The notes: generated from the letters alone by a model not told the origin. Shown: positions 18,553-28,036, counted from the first letter of the stretch. The stretch is 64,000 nt of DNA from a candidate division FCPU426 bacterium (GCA_963830915.1 CAWHOE010000042.1:15186-79185), one strand, 5' to 3'. A program made the numbers and translations.

Positions 18553-19776
18553 TCAGTCATCCTGGGATGTGGCCGCGTTGTAAGGGTTGCCTTGGGCGTC
18601 GAACAGGTCGAAAGACCCGTCATTCAATCTCAGGACGATCTCCAAAGGCCTGCCGTTGCTCACGTCCGAATACTGGATGCTTTGTACGCCTGAAGCCAGA
18701 TAGATGGGGCTGAAGGCCGAAGGGTCCGCCGTGTCGTACAAGAAGGCGTCACCTTCTCCTGGCACGATCTTGACTGACCGTTTGCCGTCCGGGCTGTTAT
18801 AGGCCGTCTCGCCGGCCTGCTCCTGGCCGCTCACGACCACTGGATCATCCGCGGAGTTGGCGGGGATGTAATTGTCGTCGTTATAGACGTAAAGCTCGCC
18901 GACGTGGTAAGGGTCCTGCCACCACCAATAATTGTCGTTGTAGAAGCACCAGCGGTTAAAGCCGCTGTCGTACCACCACCAACGGCCGTTGTAATTGCGG
19001 GTCCAAAAGAATTGATCCCCCGCGTACCAGCCGTACCAGTGGTATCCCGAATGGTCGATGTAATGGGAATAAGAAAAGCCGCCATCCGTATGCCAATAAT
19101 AATGGTCCCTTTCGGTCTCCACGCGGTTTTCCTGGTCGATCCTCTGCATGTAGGCCGGACGGTTCACGGCCGACATCTGGTTTCGCACTACCGAGCCGTT
19201 GAATTGGCGGGCGGAAACCATCGTTCCCTTGAACGCCTCCCCTTTGGGGCCGGTCCTGGGAGCCCCGATGATCGAATGGGCCCGGTCGGTAGAAACGATC
19301 TCGGACCGGTCGGTGATGTACTTGGGTTCGGTTTTCACGCCTATCTTGGCCATCTTTTGACGGACATAACCGGGCGTATAGGTGTGATGGCGGACCGCCA
19401 CGGCCTCCCTGGCGACAGGCGCGCGAGCGGTATTTGGTTGGCGCACGGGCTGGGATTGGACCGGCGCCGTTCTTTGAAAGGTATGTTGCGCGACCGGAGC
19501 GGTTCGGGTCCTTTGGACCTGCCCGTAAGAAGGCTGGTAGGCCTGGTGATAGCCTGTGCTGGGGCTGGTACGGTTCATCTGGATCCGCACTGGCTGGCGG
19601 AATTGCGCCTGGGCGCGGACCGTTCCTCTACTTCTGGCGATCGTGCTGTTTCCTCTCACTACTCCGACTTTACTATCCTTCGGATTCCCGCCATTTCCAT
19701 CCCTGTCTCCCGCCGCGTAGACGGCGGCCCCCATGGAAAAAGATAAGATCAAAGTTAATACCGTAATTCGTTTCAT
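18553..19776 (-). CDS. Secreted Trp/Tyr-rich hypothetical protein
   Basis: Signal peptide MKRITVLTLILSFSMGAAVYA; central W/Y-rich repeats (WWWYDSGFNRWCFYNDNYWWWQDPYH). Confidence 0.6.
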   Translation of the reverse strand: MKRITVLTLILSFSMGAAVYAAGDRDGNGGNPKDSKVGVVRGNSTIARSRGTVRAQAQFRQPVRIQMNRTSPSTGYHQAYQPSYGQVQRTRTAPVAQHTFQRTAPVQSQPVRQPNTARAPVAREAVAVRHHTYTPGYVRQKMAKIGVKTEPKYITDRSEIVSTDRAHSIIGAPRTGPKGEAFKGTMVSARQFNGSVVRNQMSAVNRPAYMQRIDQENRVETERDHYYWHTDGGFSYSHYIDHSGYHWYGWYAGDQFFWTRNYNGRWWWYDSGFNRWCFYNDNYWWWQDPYHVGELYVYNDDNYIPANSADDPVVVSGQEQAGETAYNSPDGKRSVKIVPGEGDAFLYDTADPSAFSPIYLASGVQSIQYSDVSNGRPLEIVLRLNDGSFDLFDAQGNPYNAATSQDD

Positions 19777-19814
19777 GTTGCCCCTTTAGAAAATGAAGTC
19801 CTGGTAGGGTTAAA

Positions 19815-19828
19815 GCAAGAAACGAGCC
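19815..19828 (-). promoter_or_regulatory. sigma-54 -24/-12 promoter (minus strand GGCTCGTTTCTTGC) for 18553-19776
   Basis: GG-N10-GC spacing, followed by TTTAAC as in the other copies; ATG about 40 nt downstream. Confidence 0.5.
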
Positions 19829-19905
19829 GTTCAAAACATGGCCTCTCATCCCGGGATCGTTATCAAAGGGATAGGAAAGGTCGTTAAACTTCAAATTAAT
19901 AAAAT

Positions 19906-19984
19906 GGATCGTTCGATCGAATCGAGTATGACCAAAAATAGGCTATCAATATGAGAGCGATCAGTTCGATCATTTAACATGGAA
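19906..19984. promoter_or_regulatory. Upstream paired GATC-A/T-tract sites (candidate enhancer/UAS) in the divergent region 19777-20185
   Basis: GGATCGTTCGATCGAATCGAG and ATCAATATGAG-N4-GATCAGTTCGATC. Confidence 0.4.
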
Positions 19985-20185
19985 TTTAGCCGAATACCCG
20001 CTTTATTTATTAATAAAGAGTAGTATGGACACTGTCGGGCGGTTCATCCCCCCTTCCTCCCAGGCCCCGGTGAATGTCTTCAAGGAATCCGGACCAAATT
20101 TTATCGTTTTGGTTCAACCAACTCGGCCCCCTCTACACTCTCACGTTGATCTACCGGCAGGCTGAACCCTGCCCAGGAGCCGAAC

Positions 20186-21814
20186 ATGCGCGTCGAAGAC
20201 CTCGACCTAAAAGAACTTTTGGAATATGACCCATCTGGAGGCAAGATCCGTTTTGCCGGACAAAGAGCCCTGATATTCGACGCCGTTTCCCAGGGGCTCC
20301 TTCGCAAAGAGTTGGTCGCCACCTATGGCGAAAGGATCGCCCGGGGCATCCTCAGCCGCTACGGCTATATCCACGGCCGTCGCCTGGCCGAGACCCTGAA
20401 GAACAAGTTCAACTGGGATACGGAAGAAGACTGGCAAAAGGCCGGAGCCCGGGTCTTTGCCCTGCAGGGATTATTCATGCAGGAGCCCGGCATGCCCATC
20501 GCCTTCGGCATGGAAGGCGGGACCTGGCGTGTTTCCTATGAGGCCGAACAGCACCTGCTCCATATGGGCCGTTCGGACGCCCCTGTCTGCTGGAACTTGT
20601 GCGGGCTCATCAGCGGCTACTTGAGCTACGTCGCCGAGAAGGAAATGTACGCGCTGGAGGACAAGTGCGTGGGCAAGGGCGATACGGCCTGCCACGTGAT
20701 GATCAAGACCGAGGAGGAGTGGGGCGAGATCGCGGGCGGGGAATTGGCGGTTTTCAAACGCATGGGCATCGATGACGCCTTGAAGGACGTCACCAGCTCG
20801 CTGAAGCGCACGGAAAGCGAGTTGCGGGAAAAGACCAGGAAGTTGACCCTCATCGCCAAGATCGAGGAGGACCCGGCGGAACTCATGGCGCGCAGCCCGG
20901 GGATGCGCAAATTGATGGAACTGGCCAAGACCATCGCCGCCATCGATTCCACGGTCCTGATCACGGGCGAGAGCGGCACCGGCAAGGAAAGGGTGGCGCG
21001 GTTCGTCCACGACCATTCGGCCCACGCGGACGGCCCCTTCATCGCGGTCAATTGCGGGGCCATCACCGAGACATTGCTGGAGAGCGAGCTCTTCGGCCAC
21101 GCCCGCGGGGCCTTCACCGGCGCGACCACGGACCGGGCCGGCCTTTTCGAGGCGGCCAACGGCGGGACCCTGTTGCTCGACGAGGTGGGCGAGATATCCC
21201 TGCCCATGCAGGTGAAGCTCCTCCGGGCCATCCAGGAGCGGGAAGTGCGAAGGGTCGGCGAGAACAAGAACCGGCCGGTCAGGGTGCGCATCGTCAGCGC
21301 CACCAACAAGGACCTGTCGATCGAGGTGGCAGAAAAAAGATTCCGGGACGACCTCTATTACCGCCTGAACGTGGTGGAACTGGCCGTGCCGCCCCTGCGC
21401 CAAAGGCGGGAGGACATCCTTCCCCTCGCGCGCCTGCTCCTGGCCGAATCGGCCCTTCAAATGAAGCGCCCCGTGGACGGGATGACGCCCGCGGCGGCGG
21501 ACAAATTGCTGGAATACTCCTGGCCCGGCAACGTGCGGGAACTGGCGAACGCCATGGAAAGGGCGGTGGCGGTTGCCAAGACCAACCGCGTGGACGTGGA
21601 GGACCTGCCCCCCCAGGTGCTTTTGATGACGCCGATGGCTTCCAACCAGGGGGATCCCCGGGCCATGAAGGATGTGGAGAAGGATTGCATCCTGAACGCC
21701 CTGGAAAAAACCGACGGCAACCGCCGGAAAGCGGCGGAATTGATGGGACTGGGCGTGGCGACCCTATACCGAAAACTCCGGGCCTACAAGTTGTTGGATA
21801 AGGTGCAGGAATGA
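20186..21814 (+). CDS. sigma-54-dependent transcriptional activator (bEBP) with XylR-N/V4R-type sensor domain and C-terminal Fis-type HTH
   Basis: GESGTGKE Walker A, GAFTGA sigma-54 contact loop, ESELFGH, C-terminal HTH (ALEKTDGNRRKAAELMGL). Confidence 0.85.
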   Translation: MRVEDLDLKELLEYDPSGGKIRFAGQRALIFDAVSQGLLRKELVATYGERIARGILSRYGYIHGRRLAETLKNKFNWDTEEDWQKAGARVFALQGLFMQEPGMPIAFGMEGGTWRVSYEAEQHLLHMGRSDAPVCWNLCGLISGYLSYVAEKEMYALEDKCVGKGDTACHVMIKTEEEWGEIAGGELAVFKRMGIDDALKDVTSSLKRTESELREKTRKLTLIAKIEEDPAELMARSPGMRKLMELAKTIAAIDSTVLITGESGTGKERVARFVHDHSAHADGPFIAVNCGAITETLLESELFGHARGAFTGATTDRAGLFEAANGGTLLLDEVGEISLPMQVKLLRAIQEREVRRVGENKNRPVRVRIVSATNKDLSIEVAEKRFRDDLYYRLNVVELAVPPLRQRREDILPLARLLLAESALQMKRPVDGMTPAAADKLLEYSWPGNVRELANAMERAVAVAKTNRVDVEDLPPQVLLMTPMASNQGDPRAMKDVEKDCILNALEKTDGNRRKAAELMGLGVATLYRKLRAYKLLDKVQE

Positions 21815-21838
21815 GCCGTTTTCCCAGGGGGTTCCTCC

Positions 21839-22759
21839 GTGGGGAATGAACCCGTCGTCACCCAAGGGTCCGCGCAGGAGAAATCGAAGATCAAGGTCCT
21901 TCTCGCGGAGGATCGGCCGGGAGGCTCGCCCTTTTGGGAACAGATCCTCGCCGAAGTCCCGGACGCGGAAATAGAATTCAGCCTGGTCGAGAAATTCGCC
22001 GATGACGCCAAACACTTCGAGGTCAGGACCCCGGACGTCATCATTCTGGACCTTTCCCTGCCGGCGGCGGGATTGGAGGCTTTTTTATCCGTCTATAACA
22101 CGGCCCCCAACATCCCCATCATCGTCGTGACCGGGACGGACAACCAAAAGTTGGCGGTCCAGGCCGCCCTGGCGGGCGCCCAGGACTGCCTGGTCAAGAG
22201 CGATATCAGCGGTTTCCTTTTGAGCCGTTCAATTCGTTACGCTATCGGCCGTCAAAACCATTTAAAACAACTTAAAGCCGTCTCGGTCATCGACGAATTG
22301 ACGGGCCTCTACAACCGGCGGGGTTTCCTGATCTTGGCCGACCAGCGGATCAAAATGTCCGAACGGACGGGGGAATCCCTCTTCCTGGTCTTCGCCGATG
22401 TGGACGGGTTGAAAGCCATCAATGACACTCTGGGGCACCACGGGGGGGACCTGGCGCTCATGGAAAGCGCCCATGTCCTGAGGGAAGCCTTCCGTGAGAC
22501 GGATATATTGGGAAGATTGGGCGGGGATGAGTTCGTGGCCCTTTTAGCCGACGGCGGGGGGGTCAGTCAAGGATCCTTGAGGGAGAGGTTCCAGGGGACG
22601 GTCCAGGAGCATAATGCCTATCGCACCCGAAGCTTCAAACTTTCCATTAGTATCGGCATATCCCTTTTCGATCCCCGCACACCTTGTTCCATCGGGGACC
22701 TGTTGGATAAAGCGGATAAGGAAATGTACGTGCAAAAAAAGGCGGGGAAGGTCGGGTAA
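21839..22759 (+). CDS. Response-regulator receiver domain fused to GGDEF diguanylate cyclase (PleD/WspR-like)
   Basis: REC: KVLLAEDR...DVIILDLSLP; GGDEF: IDELTGLYNRRGF, RLGGDEFVALL, KADKEMY; GTG start. Confidence 0.8.
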   Translation: MGNEPVVTQGSAQEKSKIKVLLAEDRPGGSPFWEQILAEVPDAEIEFSLVEKFADDAKHFEVRTPDVIILDLSLPAAGLEAFLSVYNTAPNIPIIVVTGTDNQKLAVQAALAGAQDCLVKSDISGFLLSRSIRYAIGRQNHLKQLKAVSVIDELTGLYNRRGFLILADQRIKMSERTGESLFLVFADVDGLKAINDTLGHHGGDLALMESAHVLREAFRETDILGRLGGDEFVALLADGGGVSQGSLRERFQGTVQEHNAYRTRSFKLSISIGISLFDPRTPCSIGDLLDKADKEMYVQKKAGKVG

Positions 22760-22823
22760 AAGAGGCGGTCTGAACGGCCAAAGACTTCTTTTGCGTCTCC
22801 AAAACCCTTATTCGCGGGATGTC

Positions 22824-23537
22824 TTAGTTCAGCAGCGCTGGTAGGTTGAAAAGTAATATTTCGGTTGGTTCCTGCGCGGTGAAAGATACCGCTATTTCCA
22901 CCGAGAACCCCGCCCCATCCCCCACGAGAAGTTGAAGGTCGGCCAGGTCGATCTTTCCTTTGACCACGTGCAGCCAGGCGTTCCGGCCGGGTTTCAGCTC
23001 GTGGACCATATGGTTCCCCTTGTGGATGAGCGTGGAATACATTTCCACGTCCTGGCGTATCTTGAGCGAGTCGTCCTTCCCGTCGGGTGAAGCGATGAGT
23101 TTGAGGATGCCCTTGCGGTCGGCCAGGGTGAAGTGCTTGTTTTCGCCGCCCGGTTCGGCCACGCCAGCGCCCGGCGCGAACCCGCTTTGGAATAGGCGGG
23201 CTTCATCGTCAGGGGAGACGTTCAGGGAAAATTGTTTGACGCCGGCCTGGGTTTCAGCCTGATGGAAATCGCCCGCCCGCATCAAGCCGCTCTTGCCCTG
23301 CTGGGGCCTATTGAAGACCATGACCCCTTCATGGAGGTAGGTCACGATCACCATGTCCTTTTGCGTTTGGAGGACGAAGGTCCGGCCCGGCTTTAGGATC
23401 TCCTCATTGAATATCTTGAGCACTCCGAAACCGTTCTGCAGGGGATCGGCTTGGTTTTCATGATCGAAGGTCATCCAGGTCTTTTGATTTTCTGACTCGA
23501 TATGGCGGCGATCCGCCGATCTTCGGATGGTGATCAT
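22824..23537 (-). CDS. Pirin-family cupin protein
   Basis: MITIRRSADR N-terminus and bicupin layout typical of pirin. Confidence 0.75.
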   Translation of the reverse strand: MITIRRSADRRHIESENQKTWMTFDHENQADPLQNGFGVLKIFNEEILKPGRTFVLQTQKDMVIVTYLHEGVMVFNRPQQGKSGLMRAGDFHQAETQAGVKQFSLNVSPDDEARLFQSGFAPGAGVAEPGGENKHFTLADRKGILKLIASPDGKDDSLKIRQDVEMYSTLIHKGNHMVHELKPGRNAWLHVVKGKIDLADLQLLVGDGAGFSVEIAVSFTAQEPTEILLFNLPALLN

Positions 23538-23971
23538 TTCATTTTCCTTAGACGCTTATTTTCCGGACTAACGCTCCCATTGACGATAGAACCGCTTTTA
23601 AACCCACCGACCAACGCCGACTCCACATCCGGAAAAGACCTTAAAAAAGTGTTGAATTCCAATAGCTTGTAGATATCCGTGACGTCCGGACTCATGCCCG
23701 CCAAGACCAGGTCCCCATTCTGCCCGCGGATCTTCTTGATCTCGCTGATGAAGATGCCCCAGCCGGCGCTGCTGATGTATTCCACGTCCGTCAGGTCGAT
23801 CACCAACTTGAACTTTTTATCGTTCAGGACCGACCGAAAGCGTTCCTCGAACTCGGAAGCCGTGACCGTGTCGATCACACCCTGGACTTTTATTAACGTG
23901 ATCCCTTTGTTTCGCTCGTTTTCGGATATGCCGACCGAAATGTGGCTTTTCCCCCCGTCGATATTCATCAC
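23534..23971 (-). CDS. STAS-domain anti-sigma-factor antagonist (SpoIIAA-like)
   Basis: VIDLTDVEYISSAGWGIFISEI, conserved phospho-Ser region of STAS proteins. Confidence 0.7.
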   Translation of the reverse strand: MMNIDGGKSHISVGISENERNKGITLIKVQGVIDTVTASEFEERFRSVLNDKKFKLVIDLTDVEYISSAGWGIFISEIKKIRGQNGDLVLAGMSPDVTDIYKLLEFNTFLRSFPDVESALVGGFKSGSIVNGSVSPENKRLRKMK

Positions 23972-24020
23972 TTTCGATGTCCCAACCGCGCGTTTTCACG
24001 AGAAGCTTTAAGAAAAAGAA

Positions 24021-24034
24021 GCAAGAAACAAGCC
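24021..24034 (-). promoter_or_regulatory. sigma-54 promoter (minus strand GGCTTGTTTCTTGC) for STAS gene
   Basis: GG-N10-GC with TTGC; about 50 nt upstream of ATG 23971. Confidence 0.5.
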
Positions 24035-24095
24035 GGTTCTTATTGGAAATTAGCAACGAATCAGGCTGGTCTTTGATCGGATTTCATCAATGAAA

Positions 24096-24130
24096 ATCAA
24101 AACGAGAATTGAGGGCGATCAATTTGATCG
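24096..24130. promoter_or_regulatory. Candidate UAS: ATCAAAACGAG-N10-GATCAATTTGATCG shared by divergent STAS and OMP promoters
   Basis: Same paired site recurs at about 10 other promoters in the window. Confidence 0.5.
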
Positions 24131-24205
24131 TTCGCGGTCTATAGAAGAACGCGCCGCGGAACGGAAACCGATTTTTATCCTGACCAGCGGAGGGTTTCTG
24201 GGGGG

Positions 24206-24219
24206 GTATGGAACTTGCT
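24206..24219 (+). promoter_or_regulatory. Degenerate sigma-54-like promoter (GGGTATGGAACTTGC, then TTAACACC) for OMP gene
   Basis: Homologous to the CTTGCTTTAACACC core, 1-nt deletion; GG-N10-GC retained. Confidence 0.35.
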
Positions 24220-24257
24220 TAACACCAATGGTCAAATGTTTTCTTGAGCAAAAATAA

Positions 24258-24836
24258 ATGAATGAAAGAGTGATCATGAAAAGGTTTTCTTTAGCGCTGG
24301 GTTGTTCTTTGCTTTTAACGTTGGGAAGCGGCTTCGCTTATGCCGATGAGTCCGTCTCGCCGGTAGGGCCCACGGTGCGTTTGGGCGTGGAGGGAGGTTT
24401 TAACCTGGCCAACTTGAACGGCGCGAACGTGAATGACGCGGTCGGTTCCCGATTAGGGTTCGTGGGGGGCGCTTTCCTGGGTCTGCCCTTGGGAACGAGC
24501 CTGACGCTCCAGCCCGAGATCCTCTATTCCCAAAAAGGCGGGAAGTACAACGGTAATCCCTATCAACTGGATTATTGGGAGATCCCCATTTTGTTGGACG
24601 TGAACCTGGTGGGGCCTTTGGGCCTGCTGCTGGGCCCTTCCTTCGATTTCAACGCGGCGAGTAACGGTGTGGCCAATATCAACAATTCGGACGTAGGGCT
24701 GGTCGTGGGCGGTCAAGTGAATCTCAGCCGTTTCCTGGTCAGCGGTCGTTATGAAGTGGGCCTGACGAACGTGACCAACAATCAAAGCGTCCAGAATGGG
24801 ACCTTCACCTTCATGGTCGGCCTTTCGTTCATTTAA
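24258..24836 (+). CDS. Outer-membrane beta-barrel protein (OmpW/OmpA-like small barrel)
   Basis: Signal peptide, alternating amphipathic strands, C-terminal FMVGLSFI aromatic terminus. Confidence 0.7.
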   Translation: MNERVIMKRFSLALGCSLLLTLGSGFAYADESVSPVGPTVRLGVEGGFNLANLNGANVNDAVGSRLGFVGGAFLGLPLGTSLTLQPEILYSQKGGKYNGNPYQLDYWEIPILLDVNLVGPLGLLLGPSFDFNAASNGVANINNSDVGLVVGGQVNLSRFLVSGRYEVGLTNVTNNQSVQNGTFTFMVGLSFI

Positions 24837-24866
24837 GTATAAAAAACCCATTTACCACGGAGACAC

Positions 24867-24955
24867 ATGCCGACCTTCAATAAAAAAGCTTTAAAAGAGG
24901 TCGGTATAGTACCGATTTCCAATTAATTCAAATTGGATAATCGGCACAGAGACAC
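24867..24955 (+). repeat. Structured repeat family A, copy 1 (ATGCCGACCTT...AGAGGTCGGTATAGTACCGATTTCC...AATCGGCACAGAG)
   Basis: Four-arm inverted-repeat element shared with 27584, 30560, 56252(-), 62172(+), 62289(-). Confidence 0.7.
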
Positions 24956-25050
24956 AGCTAGCTTTTCCACAAAAAATTTGGTTTTAAATCAAAAATCAAG
25001 TTGTAACTGTGAACTCTGTGAGCTGCCGAAGGCAGCCTGTGGTGAAAAGA
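24943..25050 (+). repeat. Repeat family B module: CACAGAG runs plus hairpin GCTGCCGAAGGCAGC-CTGTGGTGAAAAG
   Basis: Same module at 38176-38285 (GCGCCGCCGAAGGCGGC-CTGTGGTAAAAAG). Confidence 0.55.
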
Positions 25051-25100
25051 TTTTATGTTTCAGTGGTGAATAGGTTTTTTGTGAGGGGAAAGGGGCGGTG

Positions 25101-25709
25101 ATGTCCTACAAAGGCCAAAGTTACAAGAGCCTGATCGGAATGCCGGGATTCAGCGATGAATTACTGGATATCCACTTGAAGCTTTACGAGGGTTACGTCG
25201 CCCATTTCAGTTCCATGATCGATTCCCTGAACAAATCAACCAGGGATCCGGGAATGGTTGAGGAGATCGAACGGGAATTTTCCTGGGAGTTCAACGGTGT
25301 CCGGCTCCACGAGGCTTATTTCGGGAACGTGACGAAGCATTTCAATGTCCTGAACCCAGCCTCGGACCTGGCGTTACAGATCGTCAAGGATTTTGGGTCC
25401 GTGGAAGCCTGGGGGGATGATTTCAAGCGGGTGTGCCTCACCCCGGGGGCAGGCTGGGCGGTCCTGGCCTGGAACCCGGAAGAGAAGAGAATGGTCGATC
25501 TGTGGATCGAGGGGCACGAGGTGGGGCCCCTTTTCTACTGTGTTTCCATCCTGGTCAATGATTGTTTCGACCACGCCTATAGGACCGATTATGGGGACGA
25601 CCGGTCGGACTATACTGACGCTTTCCTCAATGTCATCGACTGGAAGGAAATCCAAAAACGATTCCAAACCGTTATCCAATTGTCGAGAGCTTTTGAGTAT
25701 TCCTTATGA
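25101..25709 (+). CDS. Fe/Mn superoxide dismutase family protein (divergent N-terminal motif)
   Basis: C-terminal DCFDHAYRTDYGDDRSDYTDAFLNVIDWKEIQKRF matches the DvWEHAYY...W-V-NW SOD signature; N-term HLKLYEGY in place of HHxKHH. Confidence 0.6.
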   Translation: MSYKGQSYKSLIGMPGFSDELLDIHLKLYEGYVAHFSSMIDSLNKSTRDPGMVEEIEREFSWEFNGVRLHEAYFGNVTKHFNVLNPASDLALQIVKDFGSVEAWGDDFKRVCLTPGAGWAVLAWNPEEKRMVDLWIEGHEVGPLFYCVSILVNDCFDHAYRTDYGDDRSDYTDAFLNVIDWKEIQKRFQTVIQLSRAFEYSL

Positions 25710-25971
25710 CCAAACGATCCATGAATAGACAAAAAGCTAAATTGATCCGGCGAAAAGTCACCCCTCTGTTGCCTCCACCCCAGAATAAAAGGGAAGGATC
25801 GCTTCCCCAGGAACCTGGTTTCCTCAACGAGGTGGATTGTTATGACGAGGGGATATTGTGGAAGCGTTTCAATGAAACAAGGCTTTCCGCCGCGTCCTAT
25901 AGCCGGGGTTGGCCCCGGTGGTATTCATAGTGGTTCGACCTGATGTTTTTCCATGGCGGAACTGGATAAGC

Positions 25972-27015
25972 ATGGGCCTTTTGATAATGCCATCCTGGGC
26001 CGTTGCCCAAACCCCGACGGCAAGCACCACGCCCGTTCCAAGCAAGAACCTGGTCTATGTGTTGGACAAGATATGGCCCGGGGATGGGACGAACGGGCTT
26101 AGCCTGAAGGACCCGGAAGCCTTGTCCTGCGCTCCTGACGGCTCGGTCTATATCGCCGACACGGGGAACAACCGCATCGTTCAATGGAAACAGGATAAAA
26201 AAGTCATCCGGACCATCGGAAAATTCGGCGCCCAGGCTGATTGGGCCAATCCTCCCGAGTTCAACCAACCCAGCGGCATCCTCATCCATCCTTCAGGCCG
26301 TATTTATGTGGGGGACACCCTTAACCACCGGATCGTGAAGTTGGACGCCGATGGGATGGTGGTGACGGTTTTTGGGGGGCAGGGTTCGGAAACTGGTTTC
26401 TTCAACATGCCGCGGACCATCGCCAATGACCGCTACGGGAATATATGGGTCCTGGATACGGGGAATTCCAGGATCCAGATCTTCAGCGCCATGGGCGAGT
26501 TCCAATTCGCTTGGGGGTCCTTTGGGACGGGTGATTATCAGCTCAATAATCCCATGGGCATGGCCATCAACCCGATCGACCAGGGAATCATCGCCGATAC
26601 GGGCAATTTCAGGTTCGAGGTTTTTAATGACGCCGCGGCCCCGGTCACCCAGGTGGGTTGGTACGGCAATGGGCCCCAGCAGTTCAAAGAGCCCTCGGGG
26701 ATCGCGGTCTCCAAAACGGGTCTAATGGCCATCGCCAACGCGGACCGGGTCGACTTTTATAACGATAACGACGGTGATTTTGAATATATGGGACGATGGA
26801 AACCGGATAGCCATTGGGATAGGTTGAAAACAGGTCCGCGGTTCCGTGGTATCGCCTGTGACCGGAAGAACCGGATCTATGTGACCGACGTCAATAATAA
26901 CTGGTTGGTCCGTCTTAAACCGGTGGACCGATTTAGGGTTCAGGCTACCCCGGAACCATCGCCAACCCCTCCGCCTTCTGAACCATATACCGGGAACGGT
27001 TATCCCATCCGATAA
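25972..27015 (+). CDS. NHL-repeat beta-propeller protein, secreted
   Basis: Repeated ...YIADTGNNRIV / YVGDTLNHRIVK / WVLDTGNSRIQIF blocks; signal peptide from M22 of the listed ORF. Confidence 0.75.
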   Translation: MGLLIMPSWAVAQTPTASTTPVPSKNLVYVLDKIWPGDGTNGLSLKDPEALSCAPDGSVYIADTGNNRIVQWKQDKKVIRTIGKFGAQADWANPPEFNQPSGILIHPSGRIYVGDTLNHRIVKLDADGMVVTVFGGQGSETGFFNMPRTIANDRYGNIWVLDTGNSRIQIFSAMGEFQFAWGSFGTGDYQLNNPMGMAINPIDQGIIADTGNFRFEVFNDAAAPVTQVGWYGNGPQQFKEPSGIAVSKTGLMAIANADRVDFYNDNDGDFEYMGRWKPDSHWDRLKTGPRFRGIACDRKNRIYVTDVNNNWLVRLKPVDRFRVQATPEPSPTPPPSEPYTGNGYPIR

Positions 27016-27102
27016 GTCCGCTATTAAAATTGTCTGATGAGTCAACGCCCGTGAGAAAAAATGATTTATAATTTCCCATCGGTAGGTAATGAAAGAGGGA
27101 AA

Positions 27103-27570
27103 ATGAGGACGAACACCCGAAAAATATTCGGTTTCATTTGTGGTGTCGGACTTATGATCGGATCGGCCGGGTGCGCGGTGACCCTTTATGATTGGCCGGC
27201 GGTCGCTCAAAAGCTGGATGGGGAAGGGTCCTATCCCGCCTTGAATACCAGCGAGGTCTATTTCTTTCTCTCGAAAGAAGCTTTCCCCCCGGACCTCCAT
27301 TGGGTGGAAGTCTGTACGCTCCTGCCGCCCCAGAGATGCGAATGGTCGGATCGGAAGCTGATCAGCGAGTTCCAGGTGAAAGCGGCGGAAAACGGCGCCA
27401 ACGCGGTCATATTCGATTCGGTGAATACGATCAAGACGGAATTCGGTTTCTTTGTTTATACCGGACGCGCCACCTGTTACAGGCTATACAAACAAGACCC
27501 CTCGGAGGATGTGGATCTTAGTTCCTCCCAATACGGGACCCAGGCCCCTAACCTAACAGAAGTTAAATAA
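27103..27570 (+). CDS. Hypothetical lipoprotein
   Basis: Lipobox LMIGSAGC after N-terminal basic stretch. Confidence 0.5.
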   Translation: MRTNTRKIFGFICGVGLMIGSAGCAVTLYDWPAVAQKLDGEGSYPALNTSEVYFFLSKEAFPPDLHWVEVCTLLPPQRCEWSDRKLISEFQVKAAENGANAVIFDSVNTIKTEFGFFVYTGRATCYRLYKQDPSEDVDLSSSQYGTQAPNLTEVK

Positions 27571-27583
27571 AAAACTATTCAGC

Positions 27584-27690
27584 ACAGTGCCGACCTTTAT
27601 ATAAGTAATTAAAGAGGTCGGTATTGTACCGATTTCTTATACATCTATTATTTTGGTGAATCTGTATAAGACACAGAGTCACATGCCGAG
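27584..27690 (+). repeat. Repeat family A, copy 2
   Basis: GTGCCGACCTTT...AGAGGTCGGTATTGTACCGATTTC...AATCTGTATAAGACACAGAG. Confidence 0.65.
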
Positions 27691-27727
27691 GCCGGGCCAA
27701 ATTACCGATATCGTTTATTTCGGGATT

Positions 27728-27904
27728 TTATCTCGTTCCGCTTCGTATGTATTTTTCAGCTTCGAGCCAATCGGTCAATTCATCTCCCGCCTGTTCGATC
27801 CTTCCCCGATTCAAATAACTGTAATAAGCGGCTTCCTCGATCTTCTGGGTGTTATCCACGCTCTTTGAGAGCGGGATGGTTTTCTCTGTTTTCTTATTGA
27901 ACAT
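27728..27904 (-). CDS. DUF2934 small protein (paralog 1)
   Basis: IEEAAYYSYLNRGRIEQAGDELTDWLEAEKYI matches DUF2934 core (AY..WE.RG.P.G.D..DW..AE); start chosen at MFNKKTEK downstream of the sigma-54 site. Confidence 0.65.
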   Translation of the reverse strand: MFNKKTEKTIPLSKSVDNTQKIEEAAYYSYLNRGRIEQAGDELTDWLEAEKYIRSGTR

Positions 27905-27972
27905 AACGACTTCCTTGATCGGATTATGCTGCCCAACCTGTTCGTTACATCGGCTTTTGCTTATCCGTAAAA

Positions 27973-27986
27973 GCAAGAAACGAGCC
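27973..27986 (-). promoter_or_regulatory. sigma-54 promoter (GGCTCGTTTCTTGC) for DUF2934 gene
   Basis: GG-N10-GC; about 57 nt upstream of ATG 27904. Confidence 0.5.
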
Positions 27987-28036
27987 GTGTTTTGATGGGC
28001 GAAAGTACCGAATTTTCACCTTTCATTATTTTTGGC

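Noticed and set aside
20471-21460. 329-aa and 227-aa antisense ORFs within the sigma-54 activator gene
   Set aside because: Antisense to a gene with complete AAA+ and HTH motifs. The composition is biased.
25706-25930. 74-aa ORF overlapping the SOD-like gene stop
   Set aside because: No RBS or family similarity. A basic low-complexity start. Likely spurious.
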